The notes below the pieces were generated by a model. That model ran no database searches. It saw only the letters and a program-made list of their open reading frames with translations, and was not told the origin of the DNA. Both the position numbers and the translations under genes were made by a program. Shown in pieces: positions 41,074 through 50,276 of a stretch of DNA of 64,000 nucleotides; position 1 is the stretch's first letter, and the number at the start of each line of letters is the position of its first letter. This DNA is from a virus. Location: IMG/VR virus record IMGVR_UViG_3300021512_000003, positions 17,889 to 81,888 of that record. One strand, given 5' to 3'.

Positions 41074-41099
41074 TGCAAAAACAACATTTAAGTTGTCCA

Positions 41100-41297
41100 T
41101 TAAGTGACTGAACGAATATCCAGACTTTTCATGCTTTTTATGTAAAGAACTCTCATACCAGTCGCCATCTCCATTGCAACCTTTAATTCTGCATTATTAG
41201 GCTCGAATCTTGAGTATAAGATAGTATAATCACCATTCAATTCAGGAGAACTCTTACTATTGAGTATAACTTTCTCGCCTGCTTTAAATTTAGCCAT
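41100..41297 (-). CDS. cassette gene, hypothetical
   Basis: MAKFKAGEKVIL; 65 aa. Confidence 0.6.
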   Translation of the reverse strand: MAKFKAGEKVILNSKSSPELNGDYTILYSRFEPNNAELKVAMEMATGMRVLYIKSMKSLDIRSVT

Positions 41298-41323
41298 AGA
41301 ATAACCCCTTTAATTTAACAGCA

Positions 41324-41382
41324 GCCTAACAAGGCTGCTGTTTTGGAAGCGCTGAAGCGCTCCACAAAGCTTTACGTTATAT
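41324..41382 (+). repeat. attC-like site
   Basis: GCCTAAC...TGGAAGCGC TGAA GCGCTCCA...GTTATAT; near-identical to 57689-57747. Confidence 0.85.
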
Positions 41383-41609
41383 GTAATAAGTGTCCACACA
41401 AACTTCAGCATGAATGTGTATCTGGTCTTTTCCACATCTCTATCTAAACCATCTTAAACAGTCGTATACTTAAACCCCCTCACAACAAACCGGACACCCT
41501 TGTGAGGTTAAGCGGTAGCCCACCAAGGAGGAGGGCAAGCACTCAAACTTTACTTACGATTAACACTCAGTTCTGTGGTGGCAATAACTGACCAACCACA
41601 GGAAAGCAT

Positions 41610-41708
41610 ATGGACCCAATTAGCATCATCCTCACCCTTAAAGTCGCAACCCTATCCGTTGCGCTAGTTACTGAACTCGTCAAGCTGTATAAAGAACTTA
41701 GTAAGTAA
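41610..41708 (+). CDS. 32-aa hydrophobic peptide, candidate type I toxin (TisB-like pattern)
   Basis: MDPISIILTLKVATLSVALVTELVKLYKELSK; AGGA RBS inside a stem; structured leader. Confidence 0.55.
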   Translation: MDPISIILTLKVATLSVALVTELVKLYKELSK

Positions 41709-41843
41709 CTAACAATTAGAGTGCAGTACCAAAGATAATCTATAAAACGGTTTCAGAATCCAACTGAATAAAATGGAGTTTAAAATAAATCTTAAATCAG
41801 TAGCGTCTTATCCTCCTTGAGTTTGGCGCTCATTAAATATTAC

Positions 41844-41915
41844 ATCTAACAATCACATTAAGTCACTTCGTTCGGACTGTCGCTGACGCGTCAGCCGCTT
41901 ATGTGGGCGTTATAT
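41844..41915 (+). repeat. attC-like site
   Basis: ATCTAAC AATCACATTAAG..CGGACTG..CAGCCG CTTATGTG GGC GTTATAT. Confidence 0.8.
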
Positions 41916-42172
41916 CACTCATCCACCCATAAAAGCTTTTTAGTTATTCTGGTTTCAGTCACTTCTTTAGAGGTCTCAATGATCTCTGATTTTGTTTTGA
42001 ACATCACGAACAGCCTCTCAAGCTCTGCGTCGAGTGCTGCATCAAAAATATCACTCATCCCATGATCGGTGGCGTAGTCGCGCATACAAAGGAGTTCTAT
42101 GGTGTAATCTCCCAGCTCACACCCGTCAAGGTGCGCGTATTCGGTCAGAATGTTGTATCTATCTTCGTTCAA
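41915..42172 (-). CDS. cassette gene, hypothetical
   Basis: GGAGG RBS, TTG start, 85 aa. Confidence 0.65.
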   Translation of the reverse strand: MNEDRYNILTEYAHLDGCELGDYTIELLCMRDYATDHGMSDIFDAALDAELERLFVMFKTKSEIIETSKEVTETRITKKLLWVDE

Positions 42173-42185
42173 AATAACCTCCGTA

Positions 42186-42241
42186 ATCTAACAATCAATT
42201 TAAACCGGATTGCTACGCAACCGCTTAATTGAGCGTTATAA
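42186..42241 (+). repeat. attC-like site
   Basis: ATCTAAC AATCAATTTAAACCGGATTGC TAC GCAACCGCTTAATTGAGC GTTATAA; near-identical to 58787-58842. Confidence 0.9.
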
Positions 42242-42250
42242 GGCTTAGCC

Positions 42251-42502
42251 CTAATTCTCTTTCTCCCAATTCCTTTCGCCTTTTTCAAAGGCAACAGCGA
42301 TGTCCAGCACCTCTCTCACGGTTTTTCCGTACTGGTGCTGCGAAGGAAGGCTGAATATCTCAACAGGTACTTTTTCCATACCTGGTTGGCTTCCAATCAA
42401 AGAGTTTTGTTGTATTTTAACGCCACATCCCTCACCTGTGCCGTCTTCCACTAGCATACGCTCTATAAAGTCGATGCGGTCTTTGTCTGTAATTTCGCTC
42501 AT
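42251..42502 (-). CDS. cassette gene, hypothetical phage protein
   Basis: ITDKDRIDFIE...TVREVLDIA; unit ends GTTATAAGGC and GCCTTATAAC. Confidence 0.7.
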   Translation of the reverse strand: MSEITDKDRIDFIERMLVEDGTGEGCGVKIQQNSLIGSQPGMEKVPVEIFSLPSQHQYGKTVREVLDIAVAFEKGERNWEKEN

Positions 42503-42529
42503 GTTTATATCCTTGGTAGGTAAATCGCC

Positions 42530-42586
42530 TTATAACAAGGCATTGCAGCGGACGCGCTCTGCGCGCCGCATAGTTTTGCGTTAGCT
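42530..42586 (+). repeat. attC-like site
   Basis: TTATAAC AAGGC ATTGCAGCGGACGCGC TCT GCGCGCCGCATAGTTTTGC GTTAGCT. Confidence 0.85.
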
Positions 42587-42780
42587 ATCATTAATTACTC
42601 TACGCACTGCACACAATTTATCCCCGACAACGATGTAGCCCGCTTTTATCCGTTGTGTAAACTGGGCGCGTTGCACTCCGATTGCTCGCGCAAATGCGCT
42701 TTGATTCCTTTGAAAGTTTCGGCTATAAAGTCGGCCAGCCTTTTCAGCCCGTCCGCTTTGCATTTTTCGCTAGGTTTCAT
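42581..42780 (-). pseudogene. Cro-like HTH gene, apparently frameshifted
   Basis: MKPSEK..LADFIAETFKG in one frame continues as NQSAFARAIGVQRAQ..GYIVVGDKL in another. Confidence 0.5.
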
Positions 42781-42986
42781 AGTAGATTAGAGTCGATATA
42801 TTCCTGCGCTTCATCCTTGGAAGCGAAGGTGAGCGCACCTTTTTCATCGCTCACATCAGCTCGCGCAATCGAATCATATATTAAAAACGGCCCTGCAAAA
42901 TCAAACCGCCAAAGCCGAGTTGGGTGAAACCTGCATTCCATAACCCAACCCCCTATGTTGTCTGCGTTGCAAATTTCGTGACTCAT
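42777..42986 (-). CDS. cassette gene, hypothetical
   Basis: GAGGAG RBS; C-terminal FASKDEAQEYID. Confidence 0.6.
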   Translation of the reverse strand: MSHEICNADNIGGWVMECRFHPTRLWRFDFAGPFLIYDSIARADVSDEKGALTFASKDEAQEYIDSNLL

Positions 42987-43034
42987 GTTGTTTCTCCTCA
43001 GCGCCTTCGGGTCACTCCCTTAGCTCATGTATGT

Positions 43035-43063
43035 ATAGTAATATACACCCCACACACTGTCAA
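43035..43063 (-). promoter_or_regulatory. sigma70-type promoter inside a cassette
   Basis: TTGACA-17 bp-TACTAT on the minus strand. Confidence 0.7.
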
Positions 43064-43093
43064 CGAAATGCTATACAAATAATCAAATAAAAT

Positions 43094-43155
43094 AGCTAAC
43101 AAAGCAACTCAAATCCGACTCCGCTGGCGCTTGCGGTTTAGCTGAGGCGTTATGT
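43094..43155 (+). repeat. attC-like site
   Basis: AGCTAAC AAAGC AACTCAAATCCGAC...GCGGTTTAGCTGAGGC GTTATGT; extra C and extra A on the left arm. Confidence 0.9.
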
Positions 43156-43350
43156 GGAAAAACAGGCCTCAAGGGCATCTAAATACTGTGGTAAATTCTC
43201 ATAGTTTCCCGTAAGCTCAGCCGTCTTCCTTTCACTAGCGACTGCTCTTGCTGATGAGAGAACGCGGAGCACTTGATGGCTGGTTCCGCCCTGCCAGCTT
43301 AGTGCTTTTATAGCCTCTTCCAAAAACGGATCTTGTTTATTATTTGTCAT
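43150..43350 (-). CDS. cassette gene, hypothetical
   Basis: 66 aa (ALSWQGGT); stop codon inside the attC GTTA. Confidence 0.65.
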   Translation of the reverse strand: MTNNKQDPFLEEAIKALSWQGGTSHQVLRVLSSARAVASERKTAELTGNYENLPQYLDALEACFST

Positions 43351-43387
43351 ATAGATATACCTATAGTTTATTTGTGGTTATAAATTC

Positions 43388-43428
43388 ACATAACAAGGCA
43401 GTCAAGCAGACTGCTGAAAGCGTTGCTT
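43388..43428 (+). repeat. truncated attC-like site (left arm only) ending array 2
   Basis: ACATAAC AAGGC AGTCAAGC AGAC matches the left arm of 39710; no L' partner. Confidence 0.65.
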
Positions 43429-43488
43429 TTTTCAAGTTCTTTGGGGATTTCATGTTTCATTCCTCTTAGTGTAAAGATGTATTTTACC

Positions 43489-43926
43489 TTATGACCAAAG
43501 CCCTGTAAAGTATTTAGCAAACAATCGTAAACCCTCTTTACACTTCTCTTCGTAGACAGACACATCTTCTTTGTATCTTGTATATTCTTGTGGGTTGTCG
43601 GGAGCTAAGCTCAGGACTCCGTTGCCTACAAGATCAGGGAAGGTGAAATTATAATCTTCCATACAAGGCTCACCATAGGGGTCAAAAGCTTCCACCATAC
43701 GATCAAGCACGTACAGCCAAGCCTCCAGCCCACCTAACCCACTCAAAGCATCTCCCTCTTCCACCTCACAATAAGAGGATAGCTCTTTCTTGAATAGAAT
43801 AAGAAGTGGGTGGATGATTAGTTTTAATGTTTCATCTACACTCCATATGTCCCACTCATCAACCTTTATCTTAACCTCTCTCTCTCCACCACAAGTTCTT
43901 GGGTAGTTCCCTATCTGTACTTCCAT
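43489..43926 (-). CDS. hypothetical phage protein
   Basis: DIWSVDETL..IIHPLL...EGLRLFAKYFTGLW. Confidence 0.7.
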   Translation of the reverse strand: MEVQIGNYPRTCGGEREVKIKVDEWDIWSVDETLKLIIHPLLILFKKELSSYCEVEEGDALSGLGGLEAWLYVLDRMVEAFDPYGEPCMEDYNFTFPDLVGNGVLSLAPDNPQEYTRYKEDVSVYEEKCKEGLRLFAKYFTGLWS

Positions 43927-44429
43927 ATTAAACCTCTAGTATGTTGGTGTTCAGTTAAATACTAAACAGCCTCTCTACGTGTAAAAAACATGTATCTGGT
44001 AGGGTAGCCTACCTTTTCACAGAAAACCCCCTACACAGGGGCTTAGGAGGCTTCTCGCTTACAATACACTCCCCTAATAGGTGCACTTCTGAGAAAAGGA
44101 GGGCACACCTTGAAGTGTATCCGCATCCTTAGCAGTTTTCCCACAACTAACCGTACATTGTGTGCCGTTATTCTCTACTTCCAGTTTAGCCTTTGCAAAG
44201 AGTCCTTTTGTAACCCCATACTCCCAAGCATAGTTTTGATATGTTTGAGCCTTGAAGGGACTTTCATTCTCTGTTGAGGTGTACCCTCTTTCGTAAGCAT
44301 CGCAAACACTTCTTACAAGGTTGTCCAAAGCTTTATCCTTTTGTGTGGTTGAAGTTGGGAGGTTATAGGAAAATATATCCATTGTCAAATAAAATAATAT
44401 TGACTTGGAGTAGTTGCAAGCGAGTCTTT

Positions 44430-44570
44430 GGTAGTACTGTACAGTATTACAGTGTAGTACTACACTAACTAACTATATTACTTATAACACTACTTATTAT
44501 ATTACTTATAATACTTCTCTTATATTACTTACTATATTAATTCAGTATTACTATATAGTATTACTTCTTT
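44430..44570. repeat. AT-rich TATTACTT repeats and palindromes at the divergent strand switch
   Basis: Several TATTAC(TT) copies; palindromes TACTGTACAGTA and AGTGTAGTACTACACT. Confidence 0.6.
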
Positions 44571-45195
44571 AGGGTATCACACCTTTTTCAGAAACACAAC
44601 ACTACAGCTCGATTTTGTTCACTAAGCAAATAAAAGAGGTGTAGAAAATAGAGTAAAGAGTGCTTAAAGAGAGAGAAAAATGGTGTTTTATTACACTTCT
44701 CTTGCTATTTATTTCTCTCTCCACTATACTCCTTATCTCATTATTTCGGAGAGGTAATACAGTGAAACTAAGTGAATGTAGTGTAGGTAGAGTGGTGCTA
44801 ATACAAGAGGATGGTCGCCCAACAGAGGTTGGTCATGTTGTAGGGTTTTCTCGACTGTATCAGACAGCTCCACTAGAGAGCACGAAAGTAGAAGTTATGA
44901 TCCCTAGTGGGAAGACTATTGTTACTTCAGTTGGTGATTTGGAGGTGTATTGTGGGTGATCCTAGAAAGTGTATTTCTGCTATGGGTGGGCACATTAAAT
45001 GGCAACTAATAACAAAACCCAACAACTCTACCTTTTTATGTGTTATCTTCACAGGGGAGGATTATGAGTTTGGATATTGGGATGAATCTGTGTGTTGCTG
45101 GGATTGTCCAGAGAAGGGGTGGGTAGAGGATTCTGAGGTGTTAGGGTGGTTTGAGCTACCCCTACCACCAGAACCTAATCAAGAGGCACTAAAAG

Positions 45196-45492
45196 GTGTG
45201 TAGTGTTAGAGCTAATGTAGTGTTCTCTGCCTACATCGCTGTAGGGGATTATGACTCTCTTGCAGTGTGGGGCTTAGAAGAGTCTGGTGCGGGTGGTTAC
45301 GAGTCACTGGATGGACTCCCTACAGTGTGTGTTGAGACAGAGTTAGAGAACCTTGGGGCACAAGACTGGTATGACTGTCTACCAAAAAAGGCTACAGAGC
45401 AAGGCGTGTACTTCTTAACAGGGTCTGCTTCTTTTGAGGAAGACGATGTTGAATACTTGACAGCAGATTACCAAAGTATTAAGGTGTGTTAA
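45196..45492 (+). CDS. acidic hypothetical protein
   Basis: 98-aa ORF in a run of small plus-strand genes. Confidence 0.5.
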   Translation: MCSVRANVVFSAYIAVGDYDSLAVWGLEESGAGGYESLDGLPTVCVETELENLGAQDWYDCLPKKATEQGVYFLTGSASFEEDDVEYLTADYQSIKVC

Positions 45493-45577
45493 TGGGGTAG
45501 CTATTGCTAGCCACACAACTCAAGAGACTTTTCATTCACTATTTCAATTTCACTAATAAGCACAAGAGGGTAAAACA

Positions 45578-45814
45578 ATGAAAGAAGTTATCTTAGTAGA
45601 AGAAAATAAGAACACTATTGACTTATGGAGAGTGGACACCTCCAGACCCATCTTTGCCAAGAAAGGTGGTAAGCTTGTTGGTATGCTTTTGAGAGAGTCT
45701 GATGGGTGGGTCGTAAGGTATGGTGACGGGAGGGGTGTAACAGGGCACTACAGTACAAAAAAAGAGTGCCTCGCATCGACTACAGATTTTAGCTACACCT
45801 TCCGCACAAAATAG
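45578..45814 (+). CDS. hypothetical protein, paralog of 53130..53387
   Basis: Shared PI.A.K.GK.VGML..E..GW..R.G...G.TGH. Confidence 0.65.
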   Translation: MKEVILVEENKNTIDLWRVDTSRPIFAKKGGKLVGMLLRESDGWVVRYGDGRGVTGHYSTKKECLASTTDFSYTFRTK

Positions 45815-45882
45815 TAACAAACAAGGCTGTCCTTTGTTCCAGTACTTAGGACAGCCCCTCTAATCACTCTGCCAGTAGTAAC

Positions 45883-46044
45883 CCACTCAAGCGACTTCTC
45901 ACCTCACCTTTCAATTTTCCCGCAGTAAACTTATCCACTCAAGCAATTCCTCATTCAGCTGTTCAGTTTCACTAGCACAGGTTGATCCACTCGAGCGATT
46001 TCTCGTTCCACTCAAGAGAGTTTTCATCTCAGGTTTCAATTTCG
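45883..46044 (+). repeat. degenerate direct repeats CCACTCAAG...TTTCAATTT
   Basis: Copies start at 45883, 45935, 45987 and 46008; one further copy near 45518. Confidence 0.75.
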
Positions 46045-47005
46045 CCAGAGAATTTTTATTCAGGCGTATTAGGAAAAACTAATATAAAGATTTTATTATA
46101 TAAGGGAACACTAATATTAGGCTTTCCTGATATACATTTTGTTGTTGCTTTATACTGGTTATTCCTTTAGTCTAAAAACCAACATTTACAAAAAGGAGAG
46201 GTGATTATGCTTATTGATGCAGATTGTGTGCAGGATGCCTGCAAACAGTTAAGAAATTTTCGGGCCTGGAGCCCGTATAGATATGGGGGCGTGTGGTTTT
46301 TAGCGCAAATTAACGAAACAGAAGTGGTCTGTTTTCGAACAAAACAGACGGTAGTGAAACACCTACTAGCTGCAAACGTAGTAAATATTGAAATTTGGAA
46401 AGCAGGGGGTTAAATTATGGGGTTATTAGATTTATTGATGCCACGGACGGAGCCACAAGAAAACCTTGCACAGGATGACGGGGTTTTTCTTGATTTATTA
46501 ATAGTATCAGCAAGAGATTTTGCGAGAATACACGAACAAACACGGCTAGAGATAGACACACTAAATAGACTGTTTTTGCGTTATAATCGTATGCGCTACT
46601 ATATGCAGCAAACACAACGTAATGAGATAAACATCACGCACAACATAGACGCGCACTATATAAAGCGGGATAACAATATTATTTTAAAAAGTAGTTGACA
46701 AGCTAAAACAAATGAGTAAGGATAGCTGCATCTTTTATGAAAACAGAGGGCTTAAAAATGAAACTGGCTAATGAGTATGCGGTGATAGCTAGCAATTTAG
46801 AGAGAGGTGAGCGGTACAGCTTCATTAATATAGCGCACTGGGATAGAATGCTAAGGGAGATAGCAGGAATACTACAGGTGGCAGACTATGACACAAAGCA
46901 GGCGGCTGTAGCTGTACTGGTTACACTAGCGAGTGACTACAGAAACAAGGGCTTGTATAGCAACATAGTATTATCAATCACAAAAGAAATAGAGGGATTA
47001 ACAGC

Positions 47006-47428
47006 ATGAATATTAAACGAATTGAAGAATATTTGAAAAAGCATAATAGCGGTAAAACTGGCTATGACATCGTTGAATTTTACACTTTCGTTGACAACGC
47101 GCAGCAGTATATAAAAGCAACAAAGCAGGCAAGAATGATTTGCTCAATTGACACTGTATCAAAAAGCGGAATGTCTCGAAAAATGAAGTTTTTAGAGCTG
47201 AAAAAGAACACAAGGACAAGCCAACATCAGCTGTTAAATTTTAACGTATTTTTTAGGGCAATGGGGTACAGACCGGTACGCGATAGCGATTATTTTAGAA
47301 TTAGTGGCTGTGGAATGGATATGGTTTTTCATACTAATTATGAGATAATTCACCGACTACACCACCTGGGTTTCATCACTAAAAAGACGTGCGAAACACT
47401 GGCACAGAGAACACCACACATAATCTAA
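47006..47428 (+). CDS. hypothetical early-region phage protein
   Basis: VSKSGMSR...GCGMDMVFH. Confidence 0.7.
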   Translation: MNIKRIEEYLKKHNSGKTGYDIVEFYTFVDNAQQYIKATKQARMICSIDTVSKSGMSRKMKFLELKKNTRTSQHQLLNFNVFFRAMGYRPVRDSDYFRISGCGMDMVFHTNYEIIHRLHHLGFITKKTCETLAQRTPHII

Positions 47429-47441
47429 AAAGGGTAGAGAA

Positions 47442-47726
47442 ATGAGTGATTATTTGAAATGCACATTATTGAGCATTGACGCATGGGCCGATGGTAACGG
47501 TGGATGGGATTGGAACGATTGGCACACAATAGAGGAAGACATCTACATTGACCCAGACCTATCCAATCGAGAACTAATTAAATTTTTTAGGGATGATCTA
47601 AATTTGATAAATGATAAATCAAAAGGTTTTGTGAGCATTGAGGATGACGATTATAACATACTATTGAAAATTAGGCAGACTGGCGAGCCTATTTATGCCC
47701 TCTGCTATGGGATGCACTCTACATAA
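47442..47726 (+). CDS. hypothetical early-region phage protein
   Basis: IDAWADGNGGWDWNDW. Confidence 0.65.
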   Translation: MSDYLKCTLLSIDAWADGNGGWDWNDWHTIEEDIYIDPDLSNRELIKFFRDDLNLINDKSKGFVSIEDDDYNILLKIRQTGEPIYALCYGMHST

Positions 47727-48153
47727 CGTCTAAAAGAGGAGTACAGAAAATGAACACAAGAAGAGAAAATATCACAACAGCTAAAACACAACTAATCATT
47801 GATTGTATGCAAACCAGAGGTAGTGACAATACAAAAATTGAACACCTGGGAGAATGTTTAAAAGACAAAACACAGGAGGGCATTATTGAGTATTTACAAT
47901 CGGATGATTGTTGCTGTAAACTCCCTCTGTCATTCTGTAGTATTTTAGAGAGTGCGGAAATAATCGGAATAATACAGACAGGGGCAACACAGCAACAGGA
48001 GGATGTTGTTGCAGCAAACTGGCTGTACATGATGTCTAGACACATTCTGCTATTAGTTAATCAGCCTGTGTTACAAATAAGCTAATTATTTTCTTGCATT
48101 ATGTACAATAATCATTAATATAGCGCATATCAAAACAAAACAGGGATTAAGAA

Positions 48154-48462
48154 ATGCAAAAAACATTATCAGTGAATGATTTTATAGCAGAATTTGAGGC
48201 TTATGGTCGAGAATATAATTTCACACGAGAAAGCCTTGTTTCTCTTTTTGAGTTTTTCGAGGAATTTGAGGGTTTCGAGTTAGATGTTATAGGTATTTGT
48301 TGCCAGTTTACAGAGTATGATTATGAGGATCTGCCAGCCGCATTTGATCATGTGCTAGATGAGAGTGAAGAGTATAGTAACGAGGAATGGCTCGAGGCTT
48401 TAAACGAACTAACTATAGCTATACCTGTTAGTGCTGATCTGTTAGTTATTTCTGAATTTTAA
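48154..48462 (+). CDS. highly acidic early protein
   Basis: Glu/Asp-rich 102 aa; ELDVIGICCQFTEY; downstream of a sigma70-like promoter. Confidence 0.7.
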   Translation: MQKTLSVNDFIAEFEAYGREYNFTRESLVSLFEFFEEFEGFELDVIGICCQFTEYDYEDLPAAFDHVLDESEEYSNEEWLEALNELTIAIPVSADLLVISEF

Positions 48463-48474
48463 GAGGCGCTCACT

Positions 48475-49035
48475 ATGACCCCTAAAAAGCAAAAATGGTT
48501 AGTTCAACACAAGGAATGCGACAGGCGGGTAAGAGTAGACACAGCTGTTAGGCGCGATACGCTCTACAGCATAGATCTGGAACTGTTTCGCCTACGCTCG
48601 TACAAACTACAGCACGAACAATTAGGGGGGATAATAGCTGGCGCTTGCGTATATACGGGCGAGGCGGCAAGGAGGTACAGACACACGGCTACCAATAGGC
48701 TGGTTAATGTAAAATCCATACCTAAATATACGAGCGCTAGCAATATTGCATATGATCGGGCCTGTGTTGCTATGACATCTAATTTTACAGAATGGGGCAC
48801 GTTGTGCAAACACTACGAGAGAGCATTAAGCATATTTTCCGAATTAGCTGACACAAAACAGCACCTAGCAGATTGTAGGCAAGCGTTAAAATGCAAACCG
48901 ATCAAGTGCGCAGAGGATCTTTTAGCGTTACGTGTACGTGCCGGTAAGTTAAGGGCAAGCATGCGCGAACCACACGACACAACTATCACTGCATTTTTGC
49001 GACTGATTAAACGATTGAACAAAAACAGGAATTAA
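48475..49035 (+). CDS. basic hypothetical early protein
   Basis: 186 aa with a GAGG RBS. Confidence 0.55.
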   Translation: MTPKKQKWLVQHKECDRRVRVDTAVRRDTLYSIDLELFRLRSYKLQHEQLGGIIAGACVYTGEAARRYRHTATNRLVNVKSIPKYTSASNIAYDRACVAMTSNFTEWGTLCKHYERALSIFSELADTKQHLADCRQALKCKPIKCAEDLLALRVRAGKLRASMREPHDTTITAFLRLIKRLNKNRN

Positions 49036-50250
49036 GAAAATGAATACACACAACATGGTTAAAGTCATTAAATTAAATAATGATCTGTTAAGGTTTGCAC
49101 AATCTAAAATTGCACTAGAGCTGGATCGTAAGTTTATCTCGTCGAATATACTGAGGGCGGGTAATGAATTAAAATGTAATCAGCTAAAAAGCGCGGCTCT
49201 TCGGCGATTTAATAAACACAAATCTGTTATAGCAAAGTGTAATCGCGATACTGCGCGGATACACGATAGAATAGTATCAGCTAAGTTTCAATACACAGGC
49301 AAAGAAGTAATTCAATAAAAGGGGTTGCAATGGGTTGTATTAGGGTATATATTTAATCCATCAAAACAAAACAGAGAGAGAGACACACATTATGAATATA
49401 ACAATAGCTACCCTACTATCACGCAACGAAGAAAACAGCATCCAAGTAACTACCCGAGCCAGTACGGAAGATGGCCAGCTCTGGCTGGCGATGTCAGAAG
49501 GTGAGCTAGACAGGGCAGAGATGTTCTTAGATGGCAACGGCTTGTCCGGTGTGTATTTTGACCCCTCAATCACTCCAGTAAACTACCGCACATGGGTGAG
49601 CGATGAAAATGGTATAACATTTTATAACTAAGCTCACACTATGTTATATGATGATCAATAGAACAGAGGACAGGACAATGTACAGAACGTATTACGCATG
49701 GGTAGGCCAAGGAGCCACCACGGGCACACCTAACAAAAACACGGGGTTTTACAGTATGTGTGGTGATGTTATCGCATTTGATAGTAGGAAGGCGCGTGAT
49801 AACTACTGTGAGCAATACAGCGAGCGGCATAATAGTTACCCAGTGCCCACAAGCCGCAGGGATGCCAGGCAGTATCACCTGGGCATGAGTGTATATGACT
49901 ATAATGAATATATTGATACGCTAGTGGTTAATTTTTATTAAATTAACGAAAGTTTTAAAAAAAGGTTGCTCTTGTCTCTGTAGGGTGTATAGTGTGGATA
50001 TACCAACTAAGGGGCACTATCGATGAAAACACTAAACTTGAATATAGAAAAAACTACTACTGGTTTTGCAGTAATCAGTCAAGCATTTAATAATGGATCG
50101 GCTTTATGTTCTCTCAATAAGGGCTCTGTTATTACTACAGTGAGCTCGCTACAGCAAGCAAGCGAAATAAGAGACAAACTCATCAGTGCACACAATAACT
50201 CTGTATCTGATCGTACGGCAATAATCGGCTAAGCAAGATCGTAATACAAT

Positions 50251-50276
50251 AAAAGGCCCTTGTGGGCCTTTATTTT
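50251..50276 (+). terminator. intrinsic terminator closing the early-gene block
   Basis: AAAGGCCC-TTGT-GGGCCTTT followed by ATTTT. Confidence 0.75.

Noticed and set aside
39710-43428. Recurrent hairpins read as a CRISPR array, REP elements or plain terminators
   Set aside because: The units between them are 260-790 bp and contain genes. The hairpins vary in sequence but keep TAAC/GTTA ends and asymmetric bulges, and they lack T tails. This fits attC.
45883-46044. 52-bp periodic repeats as a mini-CRISPR
   Set aside because: The repeats are degenerate along their length, have no distinct spacers, and no cas genes are present.
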